A stretch of DNA of 64,000 nucleotides. Origin: the human T2T-CHM13v2.0 reference genome, Homo sapiens. The number at the start of each line of letters is the position of its first letter. Position 1 is the stretch's first letter. The notes under the pieces were generated by a model. It saw only the letters and a list, made by a program, of their open reading frames with translations. It searched no databases and was not told the DNA's origin. Below are positions 12,421-30,490 of this stretch, piece after piece. Where the stretch lies: assembly GCF_009914755.1 (NCBI RefSeq), contig NC_060927.1, one strand, 5' to 3'. The position numbers were made by a program, and so were the translations under genes.

Positions 12421-14269
12421 TGATCCTGTGGGACATTGAGAGAGCCAGGAGGGAGATAGTGAGTGCAATGTTAAGGCCACCACTGGCTTCTGGGCAACTT
12501 GGTTACATTACTTTGCCTTGTAATTTCATGGGAAAACGTAATTACAGGCCAGAAGTTATGATGTTGGATAAGCAACATCAGCATTGCAGCTGGGCCCGCT
12601 GAAGAAAAGAAAACCCACATGTTGGTGGGGTACACAGTTCACCAAGGCCCCCTGAATGAAAATAATTTGTTGCCAAAAAACGGTAACAGGACTGTCTATT
12701 GGGGAACAACCTCTCTTACTAACATGAAAGAGCTGGACGGATAACTTTAAAACTGAGAAGGGCTCTTGTCCAAATTGACTATTTTCCCCCCAAAAAAAGT
12801 ATCCTTGTCTTGTTTTCATTCCTGCTGTTTCTAGCATGTCTAATGTCTGAGTGCATATCTACCCTTAATGTCTAGTTCAAACATTAGGAAAAGCACCCCC
12901 CTTTTTTTGTTTTGGTTTTCTCTTAGTCATGTTTAAGTTTTCTAAAGAATTTTCCTATATATCAAAGGCAGGCAAAAAACAAAGCAGAAGTAATAGAAGA
13001 ATCGTTAAAGCTGTCAAATTGGTGGAGCCAAGATTTAAATCTCGGAGTATCTGCCCCCAGAGCCCTTGCTTTTTTGAGTTCATTAAATGCAGAATAACAT
13101 TTGCATTCTTAAAACAGGAATTACACACACACCAGAGTCAAGGGGCTTAGAACCCTCATGGGGATTTATATTTATGCACAAAGAAATCACATGTTTTTCC
13201 CTGTGTTCCCAGACCCGAAATATCAACTAGCCAGGCTAACGAAGTATCACATAAGTATTAAGCTATTAATACCAGGTTGCTAGGCTGCCAAAAAAAAAAA
13301 CACACACTAATAAAAAGCAGTAGTCTGATGTCTTCATTGAGCCTTATATTTGTCCAGATCTCTGTCCCAGTCCTTGTAGGGAGATGGACAGGCTGGAAAA
13401 GGAACATCCCTAATCCAAAGCAACCCGTGTGTCAGTGAGTGGTAGAGTAGGACAGGGGGGACTTGGGGGCTGTTGATGGACAGTGGGGCTGAGAGCTGGC
13501 ATAGAAGGATTAGGAGCACACATAGAGGGAGTGTCCAGCATGACTGTCAGAAATTAGGTTAGAATGCAAAGCATGTCTAGCTAATTCTCAAGTATAGAAT
13601 CTCTGCAGACAATTTTCTCATCAGGTAGAAGGAAGAATAGAGGGTACTAGCCAGTGAGAATGATAGCCCCCCTAGTGATATCAACTATCCCCACTTTCTT
13701 AATGGTTGGGGGGATGGTGGTGGTCTAGTCCCCAGATAACCAGTCAAGACAATAGAACAAGGCCCAGGTCTGAGCTTAAATTCTCAGATCCTCTTGGTCT
13801 CTGAAGGAGGTCCGAACAATATCAGGCTAACAGTAGCTTTTTCTTAAATGCATGCAGATACGCTAATAATGCTCATTAGGCTTATAGCTCACGCAAATTT
13901 AATTCAGAGTATTTCATTTGTGTCTTCGCTGTAGTTGCCAGGACAGATGTGTGCGTGGCTGAGGCACACTTCCCTCTGCCTGAGACAGATGTCAGGGTAT
14001 TGGACCATGCTGACACAGCACCAGCATGTTTATTAGCAAAAATAGATTGTCAGCCTTCTTTCCCCCAACTGAGGGTTTTCATTTTTGTAGTTAAAATGCA
14101 AATCCCAGCTCAGAAAAAGAGACAGATTTTAAGAGATGTAGAGGAAGATGGACGAAGTACAGTGAAAGAAGAGAAGAAAATAGAAAGTGATTGAAAGAAG
14201 AAAGAGGGAAAGCTTCAGGCTCGTCGCTTCCTCTCACTAAACATGATCTAGATGATTTCTGATTCTCAC

Positions 14270-14430
14270 ACATAACTGAGATTTACCTGGGGGTGGGGGG
14301 AGACTAAAAATGCAGAATCCTGGGCCCCACCCCAGAACTGCTACTTCATAAGGCCAGGGAACTTTAAGTTCCCTGGGAGATTCTCAGTCACTTCAGCAGT
14401 AGGCTATGGGTCAGTCTTGAGAGCCAGTGG
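14270..14430. mobile_element. MER5A-like MITE
   Basis: acctgggg...aaaaatgcagaatcctgggccccaccccaga...cttgagagccagtg. Confidence 0.6.
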
Positions 14431-15229
14431 GCTGAGGCAATCTCTGAGGTTTCTTTCTAGTCTTAAGAACTGTAAGAAGAGAGCAAAAGGAGTGGTGGGG
14501 ACCACATGAACACAGAGGGCGCACACTGCTGTATTCATGTTGCTTTACACTGCAGAACAAGCACCCCTCCAGGCGAAAGCTGATAAGATACTGAGATCAG
14601 AGAATGAGGAAAGGAAGGAATGTTTGGCCTTGACATTGGTAGTTTGTGTTGATGTTGGTATTGACACCTCTTTCCCATTATTGGAGATACTTATTTCACT
14701 AAATGTGCACAAGTCCCTGACAAATGAGAGTAATGCATCTCTACCTTGTAAGTCTCAGATGCTTTGATCTCTTTGTCCAGCCATCTAATCTGCCAGGATG
14801 CTCTGAGCTCCTGCCCTCCCCTGATGAGCCACGCTACTGGAGAGAATTGGAGCAGGTAGCAAGGAGGTGGCAGCCCCACTGACTTTAGACTGTCTTCCTG
14901 GCTTCTGGCTGATGAAACCTCTCTCTTCATCTGTCTTTCTCTTTGAAGATAGTTTTTATTAGTAGGATTCTATTAACTCTCTGGGTAGAGCAGACAACCC
15001 TCCCAGCTCTGCCAGAAGGACCAAGTGATTTGTTTCAATCAGAGGCCCAAGAAGAATGTTTCTTCCAGCGCCTTCCTCTTCTAACCCTCTCCAAGCCTCC
15101 TCAAAACTTCTTTGACTTACAAAAGCAATACAGAATGTCTGGAAAGCAGAAGATCCTCTCAACCCAATACAACTATGTTTATTTCATCTAGTCCCCTGGT
15201 GAATTTTCATATTCGTATTTTACCTAGAG

Positions 15230-15385
15230 TGCTTGTGATTTTATGGGACTTTTTTCTTGTTTCTTGATAATCATTTGTAAAAGCTGTAAAATTCTTCTTC
15301 TAGAACAGGTACCACTTTGTTTATCAAATGCTTGCATAGTGCTTCCTGTGTATCAGGTACATAAATATTATAATAAATATTAATG
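15230..15385 (+). mobile_element. L2 3' end fragment
   Basis: ctgtaaaattcttc...agaacaggtacc...gcatagtgcttcctgtgtatcaggtacataaatatt. Confidence 0.4.
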
Positions 15386-15414
15386 CAGTTCATTCTCATA
15401 ATATTTATAAATTC

Positions 15415-15560
15415 GTTTCACACTCAACCATATTATGCCCATGTTACAGGTGAGGAAACCAAGGCTGAGAGGTTAGGCTACCTGCCCAAGGACACAGAGT
15501 TGTGAGTGACAGAGATGGGCGTGTGCTCAGCTGTGCTCATAACCACTATGCTATGCTGGC
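15415..15560 (-). mobile_element. MIR
   Basis: cccatgttacaggtgaggaaaccaaggctgagaggttaggctacctgcccaaggacacagagttgtgagtgacagag...taaccactatgctatgctg. Confidence 0.8.
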
Positions 15561-17190
15561 ATTTTATTTAACCACCTTTCTACTGTTTAATATTTAAACT
15601 GCTTATAGTTTTTTATAATTATAAAAAACTACAAAGACCATCGGCTGCCTGTGGCATTTTATTCTTCTGGATTATTTGTTTAGGATAGGTTTTCCAAGAG
15701 ATCTGCCTGCCACACTTGCTGTTTTGAGCTGACAGACAGGGGTGACAGTCTTACATGAATTCCCATTGGGGAAATCTGAACTGTGGGGAGAAGGAACACT
15801 TTTTCATGAGTTTGTTAGTGCTTGATTCATGGCCAGTGTAATCTAGGAACAATAAGGGGAAACTATATAAAGCTCACAGTTTAGTGAAAATGAAGGCTTC
15901 AGATGTTGGATGATACCTTGCAGCCAGCTAGTGCTCAATTACTGTCTCCTGGTTGACTTGGCAGCCGTAAAGCCACTCTTCAAATAAGAAAAACTGTTTT
16001 TATTTATTTCAGTAGGGAAATAAAAACAGAATAGCTCTTTAGTGGCAGATAGATTAACCAACAGTTGAGCTTAGTCTTTCTCCTTCAACCTTGATGTTTT
16101 GACATCCTGTAGACAGAAGTTTGGTTTGGAGGTCAAGCCGTGTTCTCTAGAATTTCTGTATAGACGGGGTTGGAGTTGGCAGTCCCTTTGGAAGGAGGTG
16201 CTAAGGGGACTTGTTGTGAAGCCGTGTTTGCATGGCAAGCATAGGTTTTCCCTTCTGCAGTACGTTTATATAGAAGATGACTTGGAGCAGAGGAGCTCAT
16301 GAAGATTATGCCCTCATCATGCTTAAGGTTTTCCAGCTGATGTTGGGCCAAAATTGTCACAGGTCCTGATATCTCACAGGGCATTTCTTTATGTTTTCTC
16401 ATATATGGCACAGGCCCACTGTTCTTCTTTGCTTAGAATGATATCATAATATCAAAAACTGAAGACAATTTCCATTTGGGAGAGCCAGGCCATCATACGT
16501 CTTCAACCCAACACACACACACTCTTCTGGCAGAGGGACGTTCTTCTCCTGGACCATCCCAGTTTTAACAATCATACATCTGTTCCCCATTCTTCCCAAT
16601 TATAAATGTAATTACCATATCCCATTAGCACATTTTATTAAAACAGTCTTCCTATCACATAGAAGTGATAAATCTGAAAATCAGAGTGGAGAAAAGTGGA
16701 ATGTCAGAGTAAGAAGAAATAGAAACAGCTGATTTCTACCCCTAAGTGTTCAGGTAAATTGCAGTGAGCCAAAGAGGCCTCAATGAAGTGTGTTAATGGC
16801 ATAGTTAGAATCGGTAGACTACTTCATTGGTCCACACCTTCCCTTACTCCATAGCTCACTGTATCATTTATCAAGCATTGAAAGCCTCCAAAATGTTTGT
16901 TTAAATAAGCAAGAATACCCTGTGGCTGGTATGGGGGGGTGGGTGGTGGTCCTGACCACATTTAAGAATGTAAAATGAGTAAGTAAATAAGACCTGAAAG
17001 AGACGGATTAATGTCCGTAGGCAGTATGCAGGATACCTGATGGTGTTGCCTGGCAACCTACAGCCAGTCCTGCAGCAAGAGTCCCAGACAAAGAGGGGAA
17101 TTGAGGATGTGTTCAGATGAATTAGGTTTATCACCCCACCCCTGTTTTTTTACTTTGGCGGCAACTGGGTAAGGGACCTCTTTTTAAACA

Positions 17191-17719
17191 TGTAGCTGGG
17201 ATTTGTTTTCATCAGATGTGGTAAGAGTTGCAGACATGGAAATGACTGTCATGAAGGAAGAAGTTTATACTCAGAAAGATCCCTGGAAAGAGGAGGTACT
17301 GCACACCATGCAGTGCCACATGGGGAAGCACCAGGTTTAATGAGGACGCAGAGAGCCTTTTTGTGGTTTTTATAAAAAGAAATGGGTAAGGCAGGGTAAC
17401 CATGGTAGACAGGTTTAGTTTGAATGATTTTAGTGGGCTCTGGGCTATAGGGATTGTCCCTGGTTGCCAGGTACCTAGCCCTGGAGTGATTAGGGCTGAG
17501 GGATAGTGTCCTGGACTGCAAGAGACTGATTAAAGGAGATGGGGGGTGGGAGGTATATGAACTCTGGTTTGGTGGATTTGCACATCAAAGGTGTGCTTGC
17601 AGACAAGTTTACTATCTCTAGGAATTATCTAACCCTGGAAGGGTCAACCCCTACCCAGATGCAGAAGGTCTCAGATGCCACAGCGTAAGAATAAAGAAAA
17701 AAAAAATACAATTAATACA
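17191..17719 (-). mobile_element. Solo LTR, MER76-like (ERVL class)
   Basis: TG...CA termini (tgtagctggg ... ttaataca); internal motifs ggggaagcaccagg, gagcctttttgtggttt, ccctggagtgattagggc, tttactatctctaggaatt match the recalled MER76 consensus. Confidence 0.7.
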
Positions 17720-17725
17720 GACCCC

Positions 17726-17728
<3 letters not shown>

Positions 17729-17775
<47 letters not shown>
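17729..17775. repeat. (AC)23 microsatellite
   Basis: Perfect AC run. Confidence 0.97.
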
Positions 17776-17776
<1 letters not shown>

Positions 17777-18679
17777 GTTCTACTTTGTTTTGAGACATAA
17801 GAGGCATCTCTGTTTTAGAGGCTGATGTTCACAGAGCGTGTAAGGAACCTTAAAGAGTATTATTGGAAGATCTCTTATTCCCTGTCCCTTTGATGCCAAG
17901 TACACATCCTGCAAGTCCGCAGTCAGTTCTAATGCCAAGCAAGGTGCCTCACTTCATTCTTCTTTCAAGATTTGCTCTTAGGACCTAATGAACATTAAAG
18001 GATTTTATACAACAGCAGCATGTATTCCATGAGTCACAGGCTTGAAAGAATAACTCCAAGAAGTGCAGGACTCCTATCTGGTCATTTTGGTTGTCTCGAC
18101 GCAGGAAAGTGGAAAATGCATTTTTCTCAGCTCACCTCATAGGTTTAACCACAGTTCAGGAATGAACTGTGTCATTTCCTATCATGCACAGTGGGCATTG
18201 CTGAAAAGCATTATCTGGAAATACTATATTATGCCATTTTTGAATTAGTTTCAGTAATGAGAATAAACATTTGCAGAGCCTTTTGTGTTTGTAAAATGAT
18301 TTACAAGCACCGGCTAGCTCACTTGTTAATAATTACTTTGGGGGATTCTTAACAATGCATATTTAGGAGATAAAAGTGATTATTTGGATGGGATTAGGGG
18401 AAAAAACAAGTAATAGAAAAGCATTTAACACAGTCATTTTCAGTTTTATACTCTCTGCAAGCCTGTACCGACTAACTTTATCATTTTCATTGAATTTCAT
18501 CCCATATTCCTAATATTCAAAGACCAGCACAAAAACACTCAATGTTGGGTAGAATCATGGTTTAAGCTTTACATTATCACTCTTCCTTGTTGCCATTTCC
18601 TGTCTTGATTTGCATATAGAGTGGGTGCAACTCAGGAAGCCCTCCACAAACACACCCACCCAACTCCCATGGAGACAGG

Positions 18680-18790
18680 AAACTCAGCTCCCTGCCCTTC
18701 CTCTGCCTCTGATGTAATGGATGACCCTAAGAATTTCACTGCATCTCTAAGCCTCAGTGCTCCCACCTGTAAAATGGCTGAGGAAGGAAG
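18680..18790 (+). mobile_element. MIR fragment
   Basis: tctctaagcctcagtgctcccacctgtaaaatgg, MIR core. Confidence 0.6.
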
Positions 18791-18997
18791 GATGCAGGGC
18801 AAATGGGGGAGTCTATAAATTCACAAATCTGTGATCTTGCCACTGTCATTGTCTAAAGCTCAAACTGGCTCTTAAATCTAGTGAATCCATGATCTTGCCA
18901 TTTTTGTTGTCTGAAGCTTGGAATTGTGATGCCGTGCATCTCACTGCTCATTTTCTTGTTAAAACCCAAACTGTGACACATCAGTGTAACCACATGA

Positions 18998-19037
18998 GTG
19001 CATGCGTGCGCGTGCACGGGTGTGCACACACACACAC
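18998..19037. repeat. Alternating purine-pyrimidine tract (TG/CG/CA)
   Basis: gtgcatgcgtgcgcgtgcacgggtgtgcacacacacacac. Confidence 0.75.
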
Positions 19038-19140
19038 TGCTTACCAGACTTTACCTAGGAGGGAATTTACACCATTGGTGAACTGCAGATATTCCAAAAA
19101 CACTTAAAAATGTAAAATTTCAAATATCTCTTGAATTTTC

Positions 19141-19458
19141 TTTTTCTTTCTTTCTTTTTTTTTTTTTTTTTTTTTTTGAGACAGAATCTTGCTCTGTCGC
19201 CCAGGCTGGAATGCAGTGGTGTGATCTCGGCTCACTTGCAAGCTCTGCCTCCCGGGTTCACACCATTCTCCTGCCTCAGCCTCCCGAGTAGCTGGGACTA
19301 CAGGCACCCGCCACCATGCCCAGCTAATTTTTGTATTTTTAGTAGGGATGGGGTTTCACCGTGTGAGCCAGGATGGTCTCGATCTCCTGACCTCATGATC
19401 CTCCCGCCTCGGCCTCCCAAAGTGCTGGGATTACAGGCGTGAGCCACCGCCCCCGGCC
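19141..19458 (-). mobile_element. AluY SINE with TSD
   Basis: Y diagnostics (caagctctgcc, caccattctc, gccaggatggtctcgatctc); TSD aatatctcttgaattttct (19123) / agtatctcttgaattttct (19459). Confidence 0.95.
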
Positions 19459-20734
19459 AGTATCTCTTGAATTTTCTATTCTAATCTCAGTTTAATATTA
19501 CAGTATTTTTACTCGAATTGTTTGGTAACATTGACCCTTTAGATCAATGTTATCCTACAGCATTTGGGTATCTTCGGGCCACCCCACACGTGCACCATGC
19601 CTGCTCTCTGGTATAAGAAGAGTAGTTGAAGCCTCATGCTCCACTTATTTCACGCCTTGGTGAACCCTAAGTCTGAAGTTAGGTTGCAGATCAAACAGTG
19701 GACTCCATTTCCTCTGCTCTGTTTTTAAACTGTCTCTTGATGGGTTCTTAAACCCATCTACTGGTAAAGCCTGAAGTGTTCCAGGAAATATGATAAGAAC
19801 CAAAGACATGTTTGAGAATAAAGCTATTCTATGGGGAGGTTTTCCATGACGCTCATCTTCAACTTTACTGTATAACTCTTAACTGATTTTTTAGTGGTGG
19901 TACATATCTCAATAATAATCACTGTATTTATCTATTATTTAGGGTTATCTATGAAGCACTTGTGATGTTTTTGAGCAGTAACCACCATTTTTTGAGTATG
20001 TACATGTTACACAGCCTGTCATATACCAATCATGTCAGTCAGGATCCCCACAGGGAGCAGATGGCACTCAACTGGGGTAAGTGGGTAAGTTTGGACCTTT
20101 CAAAGGTAGTGTTTCATAATCACAACAAATCTCATGGATAATGAACCTTATCAAGGTTTTCCATAAACAATTCTTTTCTGGTACCTTCCTAAGCATTTCA
20201 CTATGTGTAGAAAATCAGTGTGATTTAATAAGCTGCGGATTCAGTATCCTGAAAAGAACTTCCTAATGTCCCCCTTCTAAAGTAAAAAAATCTTAAGCCC
20301 CAAAGGAATCTGGTCATTGTTTATTCATTACTCATTCATGAATTATGTTATCTTAATGAACATGAAAGCATGCCCTAGTCATAAACACACACACACACAC
20401 ATCCTTAAAGATGAATATTATTAACTTACCCTAGATTGATTGATCAAATCACATGTAATAATATGATAATTCACTTTGAAAAACTTTCTGCTATCATAAC
20501 AAGATATCAAATAAGTCCAATTTTAATTGATTAAAAAATCTATTGGAAAGACAAATGATTCTATAGTAATGTGGTTGCTGTTTCCTTCCTGCCCAAGCAG
20601 GAAATTGGAGTCTCTTTCTGTTAATGTAGCTTCTGATTTTATTCTTGGCTTGGGGCTTTCCTTTTCCTAGGCTCATGCTACATAATCCAGCATAGCCATG
20701 TGGTAGCTGTTATTTTCAGTAAGTCTCACGATTT

Positions 20735-20915
20735 GAGATCCAGCTTCAACCCATAGTAATATGGCTCTGCCATGCTAACAACTTCTCTGAGCCCAAATCT
20801 GCAAAATGGGAATAATTCTCAATTTTGTTGGCTGTCATGATGTTTAAATAGGACAATGTAAGAAAATGAACCAGCATAATACCTAGTACATAAAAGGAGT
20901 TCAAGAAATGCTCAA
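20735..20915 (+). mobile_element. MIR
   Basis: cttctctgagcccaaatctgcaaaatgggaataat...cagcataatacctagtacataaaaggagttcaagaaatg. Confidence 0.6.
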
Positions 20916-21538
20916 TTCTTTTCTTTTCCCTCATGTATATAATACGGCTGTGGTCATCTCACTCTAAGACAGTGGTTTATGGACATTCTGATTCAGCCAT
21001 GATCATAAAGAATGGTCTGACAGAGAAGTCTCATATATTGCATGTTCCTTCTAAACTTGGCTATACTGACATTTTTAACAGCTTTAGTTAAGTATTTATT
21101 GCATATCGTCAAATTTACCCATTGTAGGTATACAGTTAAATTATTTTCATAAATGTATGGGGTTATGTAACCCTCAATATAGTCCAGTCATACATTTCTG
21201 TCACCCCAAAAAGTTTCTTTATTGTGCCCATTTATAGCACTTCACTCCCACCTCCAGCCCTATGCAACCACTGAGCTGCATTTTTCTCTGTAAATTTACC
21301 TTCTCCAGATTATTCATATAGATGAAATTATACATTCTGTATAGTCTCTTGCATCTGGCTTTTTTACTATGCATAATGTTTTTGAGGTTTATTCATGTTA
21401 TAGCCTGTATCAAAATTTTATTCCTTTTTATTGTGTAATAATATTCCATCATAAGGATACGCCACAATTTGTTCACCTATTCACTAGGCAATGGAAATTT
21501 GGATTGTGTCCAGTTTTTGTCTGTTAACAATAATGTTA

Positions 21539-21845
<307 letters not shown>

Positions 21846-21863
21846 AAAGAAAGATGCCTATGA

Positions 21864-22275
21864 GCCACATTTTCTTAATCCAGAAAATGTGGCACATATA
21901 CACCATGGAATACTATGCAGCCATAAAAAATGATGAGTTCATGTCCTTTGTAGGGACATGGATGAAATTGGAAATCATCATTCTCAGTAAACTATCGCAA
22001 GAACAAAAAACCAAACACCACATATTCTCACTCATAGGTGGGAATTGAACAATGAGATCACATGGACACAGGAAGGGGAATATCACACTCTGGGGACTGT
22101 GGTGGGGTGGGGGGAGGGGGGAGGGATAGCATTGGGAGATACACCTAATGCTAGATGACGAGTTAATGGGTGCAGCGCACCAGCATGGCACATGTATACA
22201 TATGTAACTAACCTGCACAATGTGCACATGTACCCTGAAATATAAAGTATAATAAAATAAATAAATAAATAAATA
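21864..22275 (+). mobile_element. 5'-truncated L1PA2-like element with a 20-nt 5' inversion
   Basis: ORF2 C-terminus (MWHIYTMEYYAAIKNDEF...SLIGGN*), G-rich 3'UTR, non-Ta GAG diagnostic (gatgacgagtta), (AAAT)n tail; perfect 18-bp TSD aaagaaagatgcctatga at 21846 and 22276. Confidence 0.92.
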
Positions 22276-23322
22276 AAAGAAAGATGCCTATGAATATTCA
22301 TATACATGTCTTTGGGTGTACATGTTTTCACTTCTCTTGAATAGATTCCTAGGAGTGAAATTGCAGTGTTGTGTGGTTTGTGTTTAACTCTTTAAAACTG
22401 ACAAATTGTTTTCCAAAGTGGCTGTACCATTTTACATTCCCATCAGCAATATATAAATATTACAGTTTCTCCCCATCAACACCAATACTTGTATTGTCTT
22501 TTTTGTTACAGCCATTCTAGTGAATATGAAGTGATATTCATTATGGTTTTAATTTACATTTCCCTAATGACTAATAATATTGAGCATTTTTCAATATATT
22601 TATTTGCCATCCATACGTCTTCTTTCGCGACATGTCTATTCATGTATTTTGCCCATTTTTTAATTGGGGTGTAAGAGCCCAATTTTTTATTGAGTTGTAA
22701 CAGTTCATTATATATATTCTAGATATAGGTCTTTAGCAAACCTATGTTATGCAGATATTTTCTCCTGTGGCTTATATTTTCTGTCTGTGGCTTATATCTT
22801 TATTTTCTTAATAGTACTTTTCGAAGCACAAAACTTTTTAATTTTTATTGATAAAGTTCGATTTATTGAGTTTTTCATTAATGGTTTATGCATTTGTTCT
22901 CATTTTTGACAACTCTGCCCAACACAGAGTCACAAAGATTATCTCCTGTATTTACTTCTAAAAGTCTTAAAATTTTAACTCTTACATTTAAGTACCATAT
23001 TGTGTTAATTTTGGTATATAGTGTGAGGTAAGAATCTAGTTCATTACTTTTGCATATGGCTTTCTAGTTATCCCAGCATCATTGGTTGAAAAGACTTTTC
23101 CCTCCTTCAATTTTTTTTATTATACTTTAAGTTCTAGGGTACATGTGCACAACGTGCAGGTATGTTCCATAGGTATACATGTGCCATGTTGATTTGCTGC
23201 ACCCATTAACTTGTCATTTACATTAGGTATTTCTCCTAATGTTATCCCTCCCCCAGCCCCCCACTCAATGACAGTTCCCAGTGTGTGATGTTCACCGCCC
23301 TGTGTCCAAGTGTTGTCATTGT

Positions 23323-27496
<4,174 letters not shown>

Positions 27497-27559
27497 TATG
27501 ATGTTTGCTGGTTATTTTGCCCGTTAATTGATACAGTTTCTTCATAGCATCAATGGTCT

Positions 27560-28570
27560 TTACAATTTGCCATGTTTTTGCAGTGGCTGGTAGCCGTTGT
27601 TCCTTTCCATGTTTAGTGCTTCCTTCAGGAGCTCTTGTAAGGCAGGCCTGGTTGTGACAAAATCTCTCAACATTTGCTTGTCTGTAAAGGATTTTGTTTC
27701 TCCTTCGCTTATGAAGCTTAGTTTGGCTGGATATGAAATCCTGGGTTGAAAATTCTTTTCTGTAAGAATGTTGAATATTGACCCCCACTCTCTTCTGGCT
27801 TGTAGGGCTTCTGCTGAGAGATCTGCTGTTAGTCTGATGGGCTTCCCTTTGTGGGTAACCTTATCTGGCTGCCCTTCACATTTTTTCCTTCATTTCCACC
27901 TTAGTGAATCTGACAATTATGTGTCTTGGGGTTGCTCTTCTCGAAGAGTATCTTTGTGGTGTTTTCTGTATTTCCTGAATTTGAAAGTTGGCCTTGCTAG
28001 GTTGGGGAAGTTCTCCTGGATAATATCCTGAAGAGTATTTTCCAACTTGGTTCCATTCTCCCTGTCACTTTCAGGTACACCAATCAGATGTAGATTTGGT
28101 CTTTTCACATAGTCCCATATTTCTTGGAGGCTTTGTCCATTTCTTTTTACTCTTTTTTCTCTAAACTTGTCTTCTCAGTTTATTTCATTGATTTGATCCT
28201 CCATCACTGATACCCTTTCTTCCACTTGATCGAATTGGCTATTGAAGCTTGTGCATGTGTCACAAAGTTCTCGTGCCATGGTTTTCAGCTCCATCAGGTC
28301 ATTTAAGGTCTTCTCTACGCTGTTTATTCTAGTTAGCCATTCATCTAACCTTTTTTCAACGTTTTTAGCTTCCTTCGAATGGGTTAGAACATGCTCCTTT
28401 AGCTCAGAGAAGTTTATTACCAACCTTCTGAAGCCTACTGCTGTCAACTCATCAAAGTCATTCTCCGTCCAGCTTTGTTCCATTGCTGGCGAGGAGCTGC
28501 GACACTTTGGAGGAGAAGAGGCACTCCGGTTTTTAGAATTTTCAGCTTTTCTGCCCTGGTTTCTCCCCAT
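27560..28570 (-). pseudogene. Disrupted L1 ORF1
   Basis: MGRNQGRKAENSKNRSAS...ENDFDEL coiled-coil and KRPNLHLIGVPESDRENGTKLENTLQDIIQENFPNLAR fragments. Confidence 0.9.
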
Positions 28571-29627
28571 GTTTGTGGTTTTATCTACCTTTGGTCTTTG
28601 ATGATGGTGACCTACAGATGGGGTTTTGGTGTGGATGTCCTTTTTGTTGATGTTGGTGCTATTCCTTTCTGTTTGTTAGTTTTCCTTCTAACAGTCAGGT
28701 CTCTCAGCTGCAGGTCTGTTGGAGTTTGCTGGACATCCACTCCAGACCCTGTTTGCCTGCGTATCACCAGCAGAGGCTGCAAAACAGCAAATATTGCAGA
28801 ACAGCAAATATTGCTGCCTGATCCTTCCTCTGGAAGCTTCATCCCAGAGGGGTGCCCGCCTGTATGAGGTGTCTGTCAGCCCCTACTGGGAGGTATCTCC
28901 CAGTTAGGCTACACAGGGGTCAGGGACCTACTTGAGGAGGCGGTCTGTCCATTCTCAGTGCTCAAACACCATACTGGCAGAACCACTGCTCTCTTCAGAG
29001 CTGTCAGACAGGGATGTTTAAGTCTGCAGAAGTTTCTGCTGTCTTTTGTTCAGCTATGCACTACCCACAGAGATGGAGTCCTAGAGTCAGTAGGCCTTGC
29101 TGAGCTGTGGTGGGCTCCACCCAGTTTGAGCTTCCTGGCCACTTTGTTTACCTACTCAAGCCTCAGCAATGGCAGACACCTCTCCCCGCCACAAGGCAGC
29201 AGCCTCGTGGGTCAATCTCAGACTGCTGCACTAGCTGTGAGCAAGGCTCTGTGGGTGTGGGACCCACCAGGCATGGGAGAGAATCTCCTGGTCTGCTGGT
29301 TGCTAAGACCATGTGAAAAGCGCAGTATTTGGGCAGAGTGTCCTGTTTTTCCAGGTACAGTCTGTCACAGCTTCCCTTGGCTAGGAAAGGGAAATCCCCT
29401 GACCCCTTGTGCTTCCCAGGTGAGGCAATGCCCTGCCCTGCTTTGGCTCGCCCTCTGTGGGCTGCATCCACTGTCCAACCAGTCCCAGTGAGATGAACCA
29501 GGTGCCTCACTTGGAAATGCAGAAATCACCCATCTTCTGCATCGATCACGCTGGGAGCTGCAGACCAGAGCTCTTCCTTTTGGGCCATCTTGGAACGGAA
29601 CCCTCCCTCCTTCATTTTATTGTCTTA

Positions 29628-30490
<863 letters not shown>

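Noticed and set aside
13664-13680. CTCF-like gcccccctagtga
   Set aside because: Imperfect match at core positions; cannot be supported without ChIP data.
11203-18040. Scattered AP-1 sites (TGACTCA/TGAGTCA near 11197, 12195, 18030)
   Set aside because: A 7-mer is expected several times by chance in 64 kb, and these are not clustered.
28783-28814. Tandem aacagcaaatattgc duplication
   Set aside because: Recalled as a feature of L1PA 5'UTR consensus sequences, not locus-specific.
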